DNA of 63,486 nucleotides, filler included, from Polymyxa betae A26-41 (Eukaryota; Protista; Endomyxa: Phytomyxea), in assembly GCA_003693705.1 (NCBI GenBank). It is 6 parts of 6 records of this genome, joined end to end, with 100 filler letters (N's around TTAATTAATTAA, not from the genome) between each part and the next. Parts side by side here need not be neighbours in the genome. Positions count along the whole stretch, not along the records: positions 1 to 12,132 come from RBZT01000571.1; 5 more parts are not named here. One strand, 5' to 3'. Positions 1-11,514 of this stretch are shown here, one piece after another. Each line of letters starts with the position of its first letter. Position 1 is the stretch's first letter. The notes under the pieces are model-generated. The model ran no database searches and was not told where the DNA came from. It saw only the letters and a list, made by a program, of their open reading frames with translations. The position numbers and the translations under genes were made by a program.

Positions 1-242
1 CACGAAAAGATGCGCATTGGAATTGCCGATCCAGATTACAGCCCCACTTTATCAATCAAAGAAACTCTCGATGTCAACAGCGAAGGGGCGTGTTAGCATA
101 TGAGCGCTGTTAGATCAATCTCGAGATATCAATAGCGTTGACTCAAGCTAATTCAACCGGAAGCATTGTCTTCCGCTTGCATGCTATCAAATAAAACACT
201 TCTTCAAACACATTCCAGTTCAAAACCCTCTCCCGTCTAACA
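1..242 (+). mobile_element. 3' end of a short-LTR retrotransposon: ORF tail, PPT and 152-bp 3' LTR (91-242)
   Basis: LTR TGTTAG...CTAACA is near-identical to copies at 32370-32521, 50755-50906 and 58275-58424. It is preceded by purine tract GAAGGGGCG. An open frame HEKMRIGIADPDYSPTLSIKETLDVNSEGAC* ends inside the LTR. Confidence 0.85.
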
Positions 243-261
243 CAAGTCGTACCAATCTGCC

Positions 262-309
262 CGGATCAGTATATCAGCCAAGACCGGGGTTCGAGTCCCC
301 GTATCGGAA
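262..309 (+). pseudogene. tRNA-Glu-like remnant (partial D-arm, T-arm and 3' acceptor strand)
   Basis: AGAC-CGGGG-TTCGAGT-CCCCG-TATCGGA-A followed by a T run; intact B-box; anticodon arm missing. Confidence 0.65.
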
Positions 310-732
310 ACGTTTTTTTTTTAATTGCTGGACTCCGTTATGTTCAATACCGATCATAACCGACAGAAAATCTTGATTCAAGATCGAACTATAACTGTTT
401 GAAATGTTGCCCGAAAGAAGACATGTCAGCTCTGGAGCCAACCAATGGCTAAAGCCAAAATTGGGTGTAACCTAGAGATGAGAAGCCTGGGAACTTAATC
501 AATTTTGCATGACGGCTCGGGAACTTAGTCTCATCAACTTTCCGACATCGTCTTGTCAAGGATCGCAACGCTCACATGGATACCTCGAATCCGACAAACG
601 ACGTCACGACGCCCTTGCTAGAAAATGTGAACCGGGGCACGACGCCACCTATACAGGATGTGAAGAAGCAGCTGGCGGCGACGTCGCAGGAATGATCCTA
701 AGTCTCCACAGACTCAAGACGACGAGCAGGAT

Positions 733-1050
733 GTGACCAGCGACCTCGTGGTCGAGGCGATAACAGGCACGTGGTCGGATCTGATGAAGGACCGGGGAGG
801 CTTCGAAGCATACAACGTTAATGTCAGCGTTAATCTACAGGTCGGCGACAATCTATTACAATCTCACAAGATCGCCATGAATCTTGTCGAGTTAACATCC
901 GCATTTATAAGCCTTATAGTTGCTTATGTAGTATATCCTGGGACATCGAAATCTGTCATGTCGAATACTTCTCGCACCATACTACGATGGGTTTGCTTCC
1001 TGTTCTTTCTAATCGCTTTGGTGTTCGAGGGAGTCTTCAGATTCTGGTGA
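733..1050 (+). CDS. hypothetical two-TM small protein, paralog of 1223-1669 (start uncertain)
   Basis: Two hydrophobic helices; IAMNLVELTSAFISLIVAYVV aligns by eye with VALNSAELVSAVICLFLVYII of the convergent ORF. Confidence 0.45.
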   Translation: MTSDLVVEAITGTWSDLMKDRGGFEAYNVNVSVNLQVGDNLLQSHKIAMNLVELTSAFISLIVAYVVYPGTSKSVMSNTSRTILRWVCFLFFLIALVFEGVFRFW

Positions 1051-1222
1051 GGGTGGCTCCTCACGCTCGTGGAGTAACATCTTTACTGTACAAACGAAAT
1101 ATTGCATTTTTTGAAAGATTTTCCCCTCTCACGAAGCTGAATTTTTCACTTTCTGTTGAACACTTTGTGATTTTTTGGAGCTATACATGATCAAGATTTA
1201 TAAGATGAAGAATAATGAATGA

Positions 1223-1669
1223 TTACTTGGTGCGATGTTCAGGTCTCTTCTGGATGAGCTCGAGGATGATAGCAGCCACCATGAATATGAAGTGAGCGAT
1301 ACGCTGGCCGAACCTCCAGTTTTCATTGAGGAGATTCTTGGCTTTAGAAAAGGCGATGATATAGACCAGGAAGAGACAAATGACCGCAGAAACGAGCTCG
1401 GCCGAGTTCAGCGCAACCGATGAGTTTTCTCTTATACTGGTTAAAGATGAAGATATCAATCCGAACATCAATGTGGTCTGTTGGGATTTCTCTCCTGGAC
1501 CTAACTCTGCTAGTGTAGACCAACTTGATAGACTGCTGATGCTGATAGACGGCTCTGTAGACGGTGTAACATCAGGAGACACGATACCAGCTTCAGACAT
1601 GATGAGAGAGGTTACAATGGCAAGAGGAAGTGGTGGACGTGTTTGGGGTCGTACCAGTGAGCATGGCAA
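1223..1669 (-). CDS. hypothetical two-TM small protein, paralog of 733-1050
   Basis: Ser-rich N-terminus followed by two TM helices similar to the convergent ORF. Confidence 0.45.
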   Translation of the reverse strand: MPCSLVRPQTRPPLPLAIVTSLIMSEAGIVSPDVTPSTEPSISISSLSSWSTLAELGPGEKSQQTTLMFGLISSSLTSIRENSSVALNSAELVSAVICLFLVYIIAFSKAKNLLNENWRFGQRIAHFIFMVAAIILELIQKRPEHRTK

Positions 1670-3431
1670 GCAGCGGGTTGCACCGCGGACTGCGTCGTGC
1701 CCCCTTAACCGACCCGCTAAGTCACTGTTGGTGGTTACGGTATTAGCAACGTTACAAGTTACAACATGGCGTAACGTTATGCAGTGTGTATGGCTTTGGC
1801 ACTGGCTGGAATATCAGAGCACTGGATGATCATTGGCAACGATAAAAATTGATCCCTCATGGCCCTTATAGGTAATGAAGAGAACGATAACTGTTTAAGA
1901 AAACTTTTTGCCATCAGCGTTACCACCAGTTTCGAACTTGGCAATTTCATGATAGCGATGGTACATACTCAATTGGGAGAATGTGCTATCGATGAGTAGC
2001 CAATCAGATTACTGTCAAAATGTTGAAAACTTAAAAGAAAAAGTCCGATATAGTACAGGTTTCAGTAGATCAGGGTCTTCGCCAGTTTGAAAATCGGCAA
2101 CTCGTAGTTTTTTCAGTTTGAGAATCTACTTTGCTTCTTCCGCCGACAGAAAATCGATCGAAACACTCCGGCCACTCTAGGGCTTCTTTTGCCATCGTTC
2201 CTTCTTCTGCTAGCTGAATCAGATCACAGTTGTCGTTTTAACAGGTCTCATATTTCCAGACCTAACCCTAACCCTATTGCAAGAAGAATTAAGTCTAATT
2301 TTCTGTATGGTTTGCTTCAAAGCGGATATCTTTGGTGTTAAGTCTCCGGTGATGTTTATTGTGTGATTGGGATATGGGTTGTATTCTCATTGTTCTAGAG
2401 CGGTGTCGATGTCGTACCCGAAATCGCGTCTGCCCACAACTGTTCATTCCACGACTATTCCGTTTCAACGACCGGATCGGCAGCCGAAGGCTCAACAAAA
2501 AAATAGACTTTTTTATTTTTTAGACATTTTTTTATATTTTCTAAGTTGTCCTTAAAATTCTTACGAAATCTTCTCAGCCAAAACTATGGCGGCCGGGAAC
2601 GGCGTCAACGCGCCGGCGGGAGGACAGGCGGGCCCGAAAGTCGGGTCGTATTGTACGCTAAGAATAGACCGATTCAGTAGCTTCAAATCAAAACTTAATT
2701 CGAGCAGTAGCCCATTTCAGTAATTCCCCGATGTTGGCCGGCCGCAACACCTGGCATCAAAAACATTCATCCGCTTTTGAAAATACTATGTCATTCGTTT
2801 CAGCTTGGGCAGCATTCAGCCGAGTATCGGATCCTGAACGTGGCGGCCAGCACATTTTGAATCGTTAAGTCTTTTGTCACAAATGGTCCAGAATCTAGGC
2901 TTACGTGGGGTTTCTATCGAATCTCTGCAGTGTCAAGCCTGGAATCTCATACTGTGGCAATCTGATCAGCAGAGGCGATTATCTAGATTGTGTTTTGATT
3001 CGTCTCAGGAGAATTGCAGGCCACCAAAAATCAAATGAATAGCAGGTTGATGATTGCCGGAGCGTGACAGCTAATCAAAAAGGCGAAACCGCTTGGAAGT
3101 GAAACACAAGTTTTCAGAGTGGGACGAGGTTTTGGCGCAGATTGCGCAGGATTAAACCGTACTCTAAAATAATCACAAAAAAATCGATGGCGCAGAAGAA
3201 TAATCAAACATCGATTTTTAGTTACGCAATATTCCGGCCTCAAGTGGCGCAGAGAAAAATGTCGATTTCTAGAAGCGCAGTATTTCTGCCGCCTGTTTCG
3301 CAGTTCTGACCTAACTCTGGGGCTGCGCACTCGTGTCTATTCGTTACGACTGGTAAGGTTGGCCTCCCTTTTTGTCCCTTCTCTGGGGCTTAATCGTCGC
3401 CGTTGTCGAGGCGATCTTGCTGAACATCATC

Positions 3432-5891
3432 ATGGCCGAATCTGACCACGGTTCGCCTCCTTGGGGCCTTAAACCTGCTATGGTTATCGACAACGGCACC
3501 GGGTATGCTGGCCGCTGATGCTTCTCCCACTTCTGACTGTGTTTGGCTAGGTATACTAAGATGGGTTTCGCTGGCAATGCCGAACCTCAGTTCATTGTGC
3601 CTACCTTGATTGCAAACGCTGTGCCTGGCCAAGGCAAAAAAGTACTATTCTATATTTCGTTTTTATTGATTGTTTTTTTTGCTTCATCCATTTCGTTTTG
3701 CCATAAGGCTAGCCTCTCAAAATCTACCTTTCTGTGCGTGTTTTTGCAGTATTGATTTTCTGATTCTCAGATAGGTCAGCGACTTACAAGATCTGGATTT
3801 CGTCATCGGCAAAGAAGCTTCTGATGTGCGTCGTAATTACGCTGTTGATTACCCGATCCGACACGGCATCGTCGATAACTGGGACAATATGGAGAAGTTC
3901 TGGCAACGCTGCATTTTTCAATACTTACGTGCCGATCCTGAAGAGCATTATGGTATTGCTTTAATCGTTTTTCCGTTTTTGTTTTCCTTTATTTTTACTT
4001 TTACATCTGGCTCTTTAAACTTGTATGTTTTGTGATCTATCATGACTCTTCCGTTTGTGTTTCCTTGATTTTTACTTTTACATCTGGCTCTGTTAACTTG
4101 TATTTTTTGTGAGCTGTCACGATTCAGTCTCAAATTTTATTGTATTGTTTGGCCTGTTGCCAAACATTTTGCATAATGTTTGCAAATTCGTCTATATCCA
4201 TTGCGTTTTATATCATGGCTGTTATGTTTTCAGCGAAAACTGATGGAACTCTTTTCTGTAGTTCTGCTGACTGAGCCGCCCATGAATACTCCCGAAAATC
4301 GTGAACTGACAGCTGAGATTATGTTCGAGACCTTCAACGTCCCTGGAATGTATATCGGCGTTCAAGCTGTTTTGGCTTTGATAGCATCATGGGCTTCAGA
4401 GGCGGCTACGAGGACATTGACTGGAACCGTTATCGACTCGGGTGATGGTGTCACCCACGTCATTCCAGTCGTCGAGGGCTACGTTATTGGCAGCTGCATC
4501 AAGCACATTCCACTGGCTGGTAGTGATATTACAAAGTAAGTTTCTTCCGCTTTTATGGAAGACTCTTTATTTTATGGAAGACTCTTTAGCTTTTTTTGGA
4601 AGACTCTTTAGCTTTTATGGAAGACTCTTTTGCTTTCCTTGAAGACTCGTTAGCTTTTATGGAAGACTCTTTAGCTTTTTTGGAAGACTCTTTTGCTTTT
4701 ATTGAAGACTCTTTAGCTTTTATGGAAGACTCTTTGGTTTTATGGAAGACTCTTTTGCTTTATGGATTATATTCATGCTTGCTTGTAATGCTTGATTATT
4801 CCGCCTTCATCGGTTAGGTTTAACAGGGTTGCTTGTATTCTATGCCTGTTAAATTGTTAATGTTTATCGGTTAGGTTTAGGAACTCTTTCGTTATTTTTG
4901 CTTTACCGATCTCATTTTCGTTTGGTACCTGGCGTTTATTGTTTATCTAGGTTCATCCAGCAGCAACTTCGTGAGCGTAACGAGAAGCTGCCTCCCGAAG
5001 ACTCACAGGTGATTGCAAGACGAATCAAGGAGAAGTACTGCTACGTCTGTCCCGATATCGTCAAAGAATTCAGCAAGTACGATGCCGACCCTGACAAATT
5101 TTTCAAAACTGAGGGCGTTGTAAGTGTGCTTTATTCTTTGCTCTACCTTTTTTTAACTCTTAAACTAGTCTAATGCTAAAGGCTTACCATCCGCAGACAT
5201 CGATGTGGGCTACGAGCGGTTCTTGGGCCCAGAAATTTTCTTTAGCCCCGAGATTTTTTCGTCTGAATTCACGACCCCATTGCCCCAAATAGTCGACGAA
5301 ACCATTCAAGCGTGCCCGATCGATACTCGACGTCCGTTGTATAAGAACATCGTTCTTTCGGGAGGTTCCACTATGTTCAAAGATTTCGGTCGCCGCATCC
5401 AACGTGACGTCAAGCGCCTAAGTGATGCCCGGTTTGCCTTGGTATGTCATTATATCTCTTTCTGGTGTTTGCTGATCACGTCTTCGTGCTTTATTATGTC
5501 ATTTATTTTTGCATTTGTTTCTTCATTTGGACTTGAATCTTTTTGATCCTATATCCTATATCTCTTTCTGATGTTAGCTGATCACTTCTTCGTGCTTTAT
5601 TATGTCTTGTTTCTTCATTGGGACTTGATTCTTTTTGATTCTATTAATTTTTGTTATTGTCAGCTTTAACTAAGACTTTTACAGGCTGAGGTGGCCGCTG
5701 GTGGCCAGATTCAGTTAAACCGAACGGAGGTCAACGTTGTCACGCATCGAATGCAGCGGTTTGCTGTTTGGTTTGGCGGCAGTATGCTGGCTTCAATGCC
5801 GCAATTTTACAAGAACAGCTATTCCAAGAAAGACTATGAAGAAGTCGGCCCTCGTATCGCTCGTCATAACGCTGTCTTTTCTTTAGTGTAG
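3432..5891 (+). CDS. ARP3: actin-related protein 3, multi-exon
   Basis: Spliced exons give [75 protein letters not shown] and [14 protein letters not shown]; GT-AG introns. Confidence 0.95.
4549..4766. repeat. intronic minisatellite, about 10 x 21 bp (TTTTATGGAAGACTCTTTAGC)
   Basis: Tandem units visible immediately after the GTAAGT donor in an ARP3 intron. Confidence 0.95.
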
Positions 5892-6421
5892 TCACCGATG
5901 CAACTGCGCTTTTTTAGATATTTCAGCTGAATTCGATCACTCTTTTTGATTGTATCAATTCTCGATTTTGAATTCAACACGACACATCTCTTCTGACTTC
6001 ACCGAGTGATATTTAGAATTGCCATTCCCGTATAGCAAAGAAACCTGTAGTGTATTGTATCGCTTCAGTTCCTGAATCTTCTTTCATCGTCTAGAGCATT
6101 CCAAACACAAGACTTGTAAGTTCTCCACATTGTTCGCCAGCTTTGAACTTAGTTTCCGAATCCTGCTCCATATTTCAAGTACAATTGCAGATACCGACAT
6201 TTTGTCGCTAGATTTTTGTTAACCTTTGTCGAGCGTTGTTTCAGTCAGCCGATGTCTTAAACCACTGAGTTGTATCGGGATGTTGTGATTTGAAAAACAA
6301 AGCTACATGCTATTCAGGAGCCGCAAGTCTAATGCACCAAGATAAGGTCAAACTTCTGAATCGATCGATTCTAGGGTTTAGGGTTGACAAAGCTGCTGAG
6401 TACAACAATGGAATTATTTCA

Positions 6422-7989
6422 TTAGGAGACATAATTCTCGAGGTCGTGAATCTCATCGGAGATGACACTGTGCTCGCCCAGGACGGAGTGCATGGCAACG
6501 CTTAACGAATACGCATCCATTTGGTTGAGCTGCTCGGGGGTGTATTGGCTGACGGCCTTCGCGGCATACAGCAACGAGAACGCCATGTTCAGACCTCGGA
6601 CAGTACGAACGGCTCGGTAACCGGCCACGGTTGTCTTCATAACCTTGATCCCAGTCAGTTATGAAGACAAAGGAAACGAACACATGAAAGCATAACAACA
6701 AGATGGAATCATGAGAATGAAATGTCTCGCTCACAAAAAAATTGCAAATTGTTTTCGAAAATCAGAAAAAGAATGCGAAAATTTTCCATCTGTAATGTTA
6801 CCGATTCAGCCACGCGAAAAGCAGCAAACGCAGCTGCGGTTGCTTCCAAAACCAGACCGCCAGCCATACGTTTACTGGCCTCATTCTTACGCTTGTCGAT
6901 CTCGCAGATCAGGTGCTGAATCTCAATCTGCTTGATGGCTCGGCTCTCGCGCAAAACTCTGCGGTAATTCATCGCGTTTCCTAAGCGAGTTGTCTTCAGG
7001 TTGAACATCATCGCTGGAAGATTCCGAAGAAGTGTTTGCATTTAGAAGACGCTCGTGTTCAGATCCTCCAGCGTTGTCTTCATGGTGGTGTAAACTGACG
7101 TTTCCTGCAGCATCACCATCGTCAAGGAGATCGTGGCAGATTTCATGGTTGGCCCCTTTGAGGTCGCACAATAGAGGTCTCAAAGAAGACGAGTCGTTTG
7201 CTGACACCCAAAAAATCTTGCATGGTATCGTTTTAAACACCTTTTGAAAAGCATTCATGATGGCTTCAAATAACCTACAGAAATAGTTAGAGATGAAACT
7301 CTTGAAACAAAAGAATGACAGATTAAAGTCTATTGTGCCTTGAATGTAAAATGAGGAAATTTTTTGAATTAAATTGAGAAAAGGAAAGTTGAATTGAAGC
7401 GATGAGCGAAATCAGTAAGTTTCAGGAAATACAAAGCAAAACCAGAACTAATGATGGCAACATACAGATTGGTGTCTTCAGACATCGGGACAAGATCCAT
7501 CTTGTTTAGAACAAAAACAATTCCTTTGGCGATATTGGAGCCGCACGCCATCTGTAACGCAGTCAAGTTCCCGACCATATTGTCATGGTAACGGTCCAGT
7601 GCACTGATAACGTAATAGATACGTTTCAGCGGCTTGTCGAGATTATCGATGAGCGTGATGGCATCATCTAGGGCTTGTAACGTGTTAACACGTTCGGAGT
7701 CCGTACGGCGTCCGAATCCCGGCATCTCAATCAAATGCAGACTGTTCTCTGAGCCGACGTGTGTCATCAGTTTCGGCCGATCCGAGGGAAAAGCGACCCG
7801 TTTATAGGCCGGCAACGACAACTCTCCGCAAGGCATGTCCAGCACTTTCTCCAGGATGCGAGAACGTCCGGAGCCAGCACGACCCGTTAGAAGGACCGTA
7901 AACGACCCGTCAACGATGGCCTCGTCCAGATCGGCGGTATTGCTGGCCCCAGCTAAGGCCAGGGCAGCAACGACAAGCAGAACGATCAT
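6422..7989 (-). CDS. signal-peptide protein with degenerate TRAFAC-like GTPase domain; multi-exon, 3' end uncertain, possible frameshift near 6920-7040
   Basis: MIVLLVVAALALAGA signal; G1-like LTGRAGSGRS, G3-like LIEMPGFG, G4 FVLNKMD. Confidence 0.65.
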
Positions 7990-8669
7990 GATTGTTTGAA
8001 TCTGCGCCACGGACTCGGAATATCGTTCGGCGTGATTATTCCGAAAGCTCCGAAATTCTTTTTGCGGGGATGCAGAAAACCAAAATCCAACTATCTTGAG
8101 CATAATGGAAACCATAAAAACATGAGCGTCCCGGTTAGTTTCATGAGATACAGAAACTCAGGCGAAATTCTGATAAATTTCTGGATGCTGTTTGAAAAGG
8201 AGAATTCTACAACTGCATTTTGATTTGTCCCTTAGGGTAACCTGCTCATCTTAATAAGATGCAATGAGATGATGGAAGCTGAAAGATATGCTGCTGAAAG
8301 ATTCCAAATAGGGAAGCTGCCTTTGCGTTCACTTCATAGACAGAGATCTTGTATTGAAACTTGACGGCAAGGCCCTGATGACTGCAATCTTGATTGGATC
8401 AGTTTGCTGATATAACGGTCAGCCGGCAGCATTATAGACAGAGTTTAAGGCCTGAAATATTCACTCATATCTAAAGGCGCTGACGCTTCGAGATTGCGGA
8501 GCAACCCATCACACTCGTGATGAGATTGATGAAGAATGGGTGATGGACGAGACGCCCTGTAGTCGGATCAGCATTTCTTCCTCTACCATCAATATCACTA
8601 AAAATATGTCTGAGCAACACGTTATTTAACAGTAGTGGGTCAATGAATTGCACAGTAGAAAAAAAAACA

Positions 8670-8741
8670 GGGCTCAGCCGGTAATCGAAACCGGGACCTT
8701 CCCGACCCTAACAGGAAATCATGCCACTAGACCACTAAGCC
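8670..8741 (-). tRNA. tRNA-Pro(AGG)
   Basis: Cloverleaf GGCTTAG/CTGAGCC; anticodon arm TCCTG-TTAGGGT-CGGGA; T-arm CCGGT-TTCGATT-ACCGG; downstream T run. Confidence 0.9.
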
Positions 8742-9482
8742 GATTTTCGTTTCAAGGTTCTGGCCACCTTTCTACTTTGACGTCGTCCACTGACAGAAGT
8801 CCACCATTTAAGATCACTAAAAATATGTCCGATGTGGGTCAACTGATTGTTCCCCAAATGTAAAAATTACATTCTAAGTGATACCACGTTGTTGATAGAG
8901 GTCGAGTTCTCATAATCAGCAGAATGAATGGATATTGTAGCAGAGCTTCTGTAGCTGCTTTACCTGTTCGTGACTGGATTCGTTTTTTTTATAAAAATCA
9001 GCTATCATTGAGCTGAAGTCCACCTCTTAAGTTCACCTTCGTTCATCCAATGAAGCGTGACATGGACTGTGTCGTGCCCCGACAGCATGGCACTACACTG
9101 CCTCCCGAAGTAACGGTCGCGGTGGTTTGCGACCAGTCTCACGCCGTGGTCGTTCAAGTCTCCTGACATGGCCATCGCGCACTGTCTTGTCCGCAGACAA
9201 GACAGTGAAGTCTGTAGCCTCTACTAGTTTACTGTTGCTCCCGTGATTCTCTCTCTCCCTTTTTGATTCTAATTTTCGAATACACACGGAAGGTCTCATT
9301 CCGCTCACCTTTCTGTGTCTTTGTCTCTTTGAAGCACCACAGACTGATCCTTGCTCGGTAACGAAAGGGAATGTATTAGGGTTTAATCATGATATAAAAA
9401 GTATGTTGGGAAGGGACTGTTATGCGATAGCTGCATGTTGTATAGGAATATTAGATACAGAATCGCAAAGCTGGAAAAAACA

Positions 9483-9554
9483 GGGCTCAGCCGGTAATCG
9501 AAACCGGGACCTTCCCGACCCTAACAGGAAATCATGCCACTAGACCACTAAGCC
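9483..9554 (-). tRNA. tRNA-Pro(AGG), identical second copy
   Basis: Identical to 8670-8741; downstream T run. Confidence 0.9.
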
Positions 9555-11514
9555 GATTAACGCTACAATATTCCGGTCATAATATGAAATTGCGAGCTGC
9601 AATTGATAGAAGTGAAGACAGCTACAATCTCACCCACTATGATTGAATCCACCATCTGCTTTGTCCGACCTGATACTTTTTTGCCAATAGAAAGAACTTC
9701 ATGTTCTTAACCATTATTTTCACTGCTATCTTCTCTCTTCAAAATCCTCGCAGCCTAACCACTTCAAAGCTGCCGTCGTTGTCGATCATGATGTATTTGG
9801 CGGTACAAGTTCTAAGCGGTCAGAAAATCAATTTGCGGCTGGGGCCCGCAAAGTAGGTATCGGAATATCGCGATGTTTTGCAAATGTGACACTTCCTACC
9901 TTTAGTTACATACCTCTATCACAAGAGATTGCAATATGGACAGATGGCTGCCTCACCTGATGCCGCATAGACAGTGAGACTAAGCGTGGCGACAACCGCA
10001 ATCGTCCAAATCAAAGATCCCGACCATCACTCTAAAAACGACATTTTACGTTCGATAGCCAACAATCAACGGCGCCTTCGTTATCTTTTCTCAATCGAGT
10101 ACCATTCGATTTTTTTAACGGATCTGCAAAAACGTTGGTGGCTTTAGTATTTGGCAAGACTTGTGATATACCGGTAGTATAGCATTGCCTGCTTTATAGA
10201 TTTCATAACGACTATGCCGATATATAGTGCATCCTAATAACACAATCTGTGATTTGAGAGTGGGTGTAGTCTGAAACCGTACCTGATATAGCTGGACGGA
10301 ATTCTGGCGGCCTGCGTCCCAGCCAGGCTGCGTGGCGCTCACTCAAGTGGGGCAGTACGTCCTGGATGGCAGCGAGAAACCAAGCGAACCATCATGGCTG
10401 GGTTTCCGAAGGAGTCCACCCGCGGTTTATCGAAGGTAAGACCCACAACCAGCCCCCGCCGCCCCAAATCGCAATTTATCGGACCTTGAACAGTCAGCCA
10501 TCGGTGACGGACTGTCAGGCGCAGACTTCTCTCTGTCGAGCTCGCCTTATAAACAAGGACAAAAATCACGACCATCCTAACAAATTTTCACAGGATTCAC
10601 TACAGAGCACAATTAGCATGGTTAGCAAAGCCCAATTGGCTATCCGTACGCCTACCTCTAGTTTGATCTGGAATTCGCATTCCTCGCCTTTAGTCCCGAT
10701 CGTCAAGCCCGGGGAGGCCTTGAACAGGGCGGGCCGCATTGTGAGGCTCACAAACAGGACAGTAACACACAGCTAAACAACATAACCCGAACACAAGCAC
10801 AATGGCGAGAGGGAGAAATCTGACAGGACCTGCAGATTATTCTCTCAAATAGCATACATCACAGATGTCAGATGTGAAACGATAATTTTCATTGATCAAG
10901 CGACTACAATCAAGCCATTCCTGATTAGTGGTCCCATCATTCCTCGACTTTCAAGTAGGAGCTGCAACAGTTGAGGGAATACTCGACCAAATGTCGGTGC
11001 ATTTGCTCAGAGAAATCCAGCGGCAATCGTAATACTACTTAAAATTAGTGTAAAACAAAAAGGGCATCACAGTCGGACAGCTTAACTCGGTAATCAGTGG
11101 GAATTCGATACGAAAACTACGTTACGCAAAAGTTTGAATATTTGCGTGCAAACCTCGAAAATCGTGCAATAATTCGAGATTTATTTCCGTACCTATTCAA
11201 GATCGCTTAGAATTCGAAGTGGGATATTTTGATGTTGCCGATAAAGCTTCACAGCATACCCAATCGGTTTCAATGTTAAGGAGTTGCCTTCAGGACCATG
11301 TACAAAATATGCGTCTGTGAAACGATATGATTTCAGTGAAAATTTCCGACCTTCGCAACAGATATGCTTTCAAGAGCCAATGGAACAATTTAAGCCAAGA
11401 GATTGAAACCGAAATTGTAGTGACTGCGTGCAAAAGCATTGGCTGCACCCCAAAACATTTATTAAAAGGTCTTTTAATATGATCTTTTTGAAATCGATTT
11501 TCAAAAATATCACG

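Noticed and set aside
2585-2660. GC-rich stretch as a structured ncRNA
   Set aside because: No recognisable family motifs and no convincing extended pairing
4549-4817. CRISPR-like array, or the repetitive [10 protein letters not shown]...
   Set aside because: Head-to-tail minisatellite with no unique spacers, inside a eukaryotic intron; no cas genes
5120-5200. Apparent frameshift in ARP3
   Set aside because: Using the CTAG acceptor at 5169 restores the frame (EGV|[18 protein letters not shown])
10248-10854. Possible solo LTR (TGTGATTTGAGAG...CTCTCAAATAGCA)
   Set aside because: Imperfect ends, no TSD and no second copy in the window
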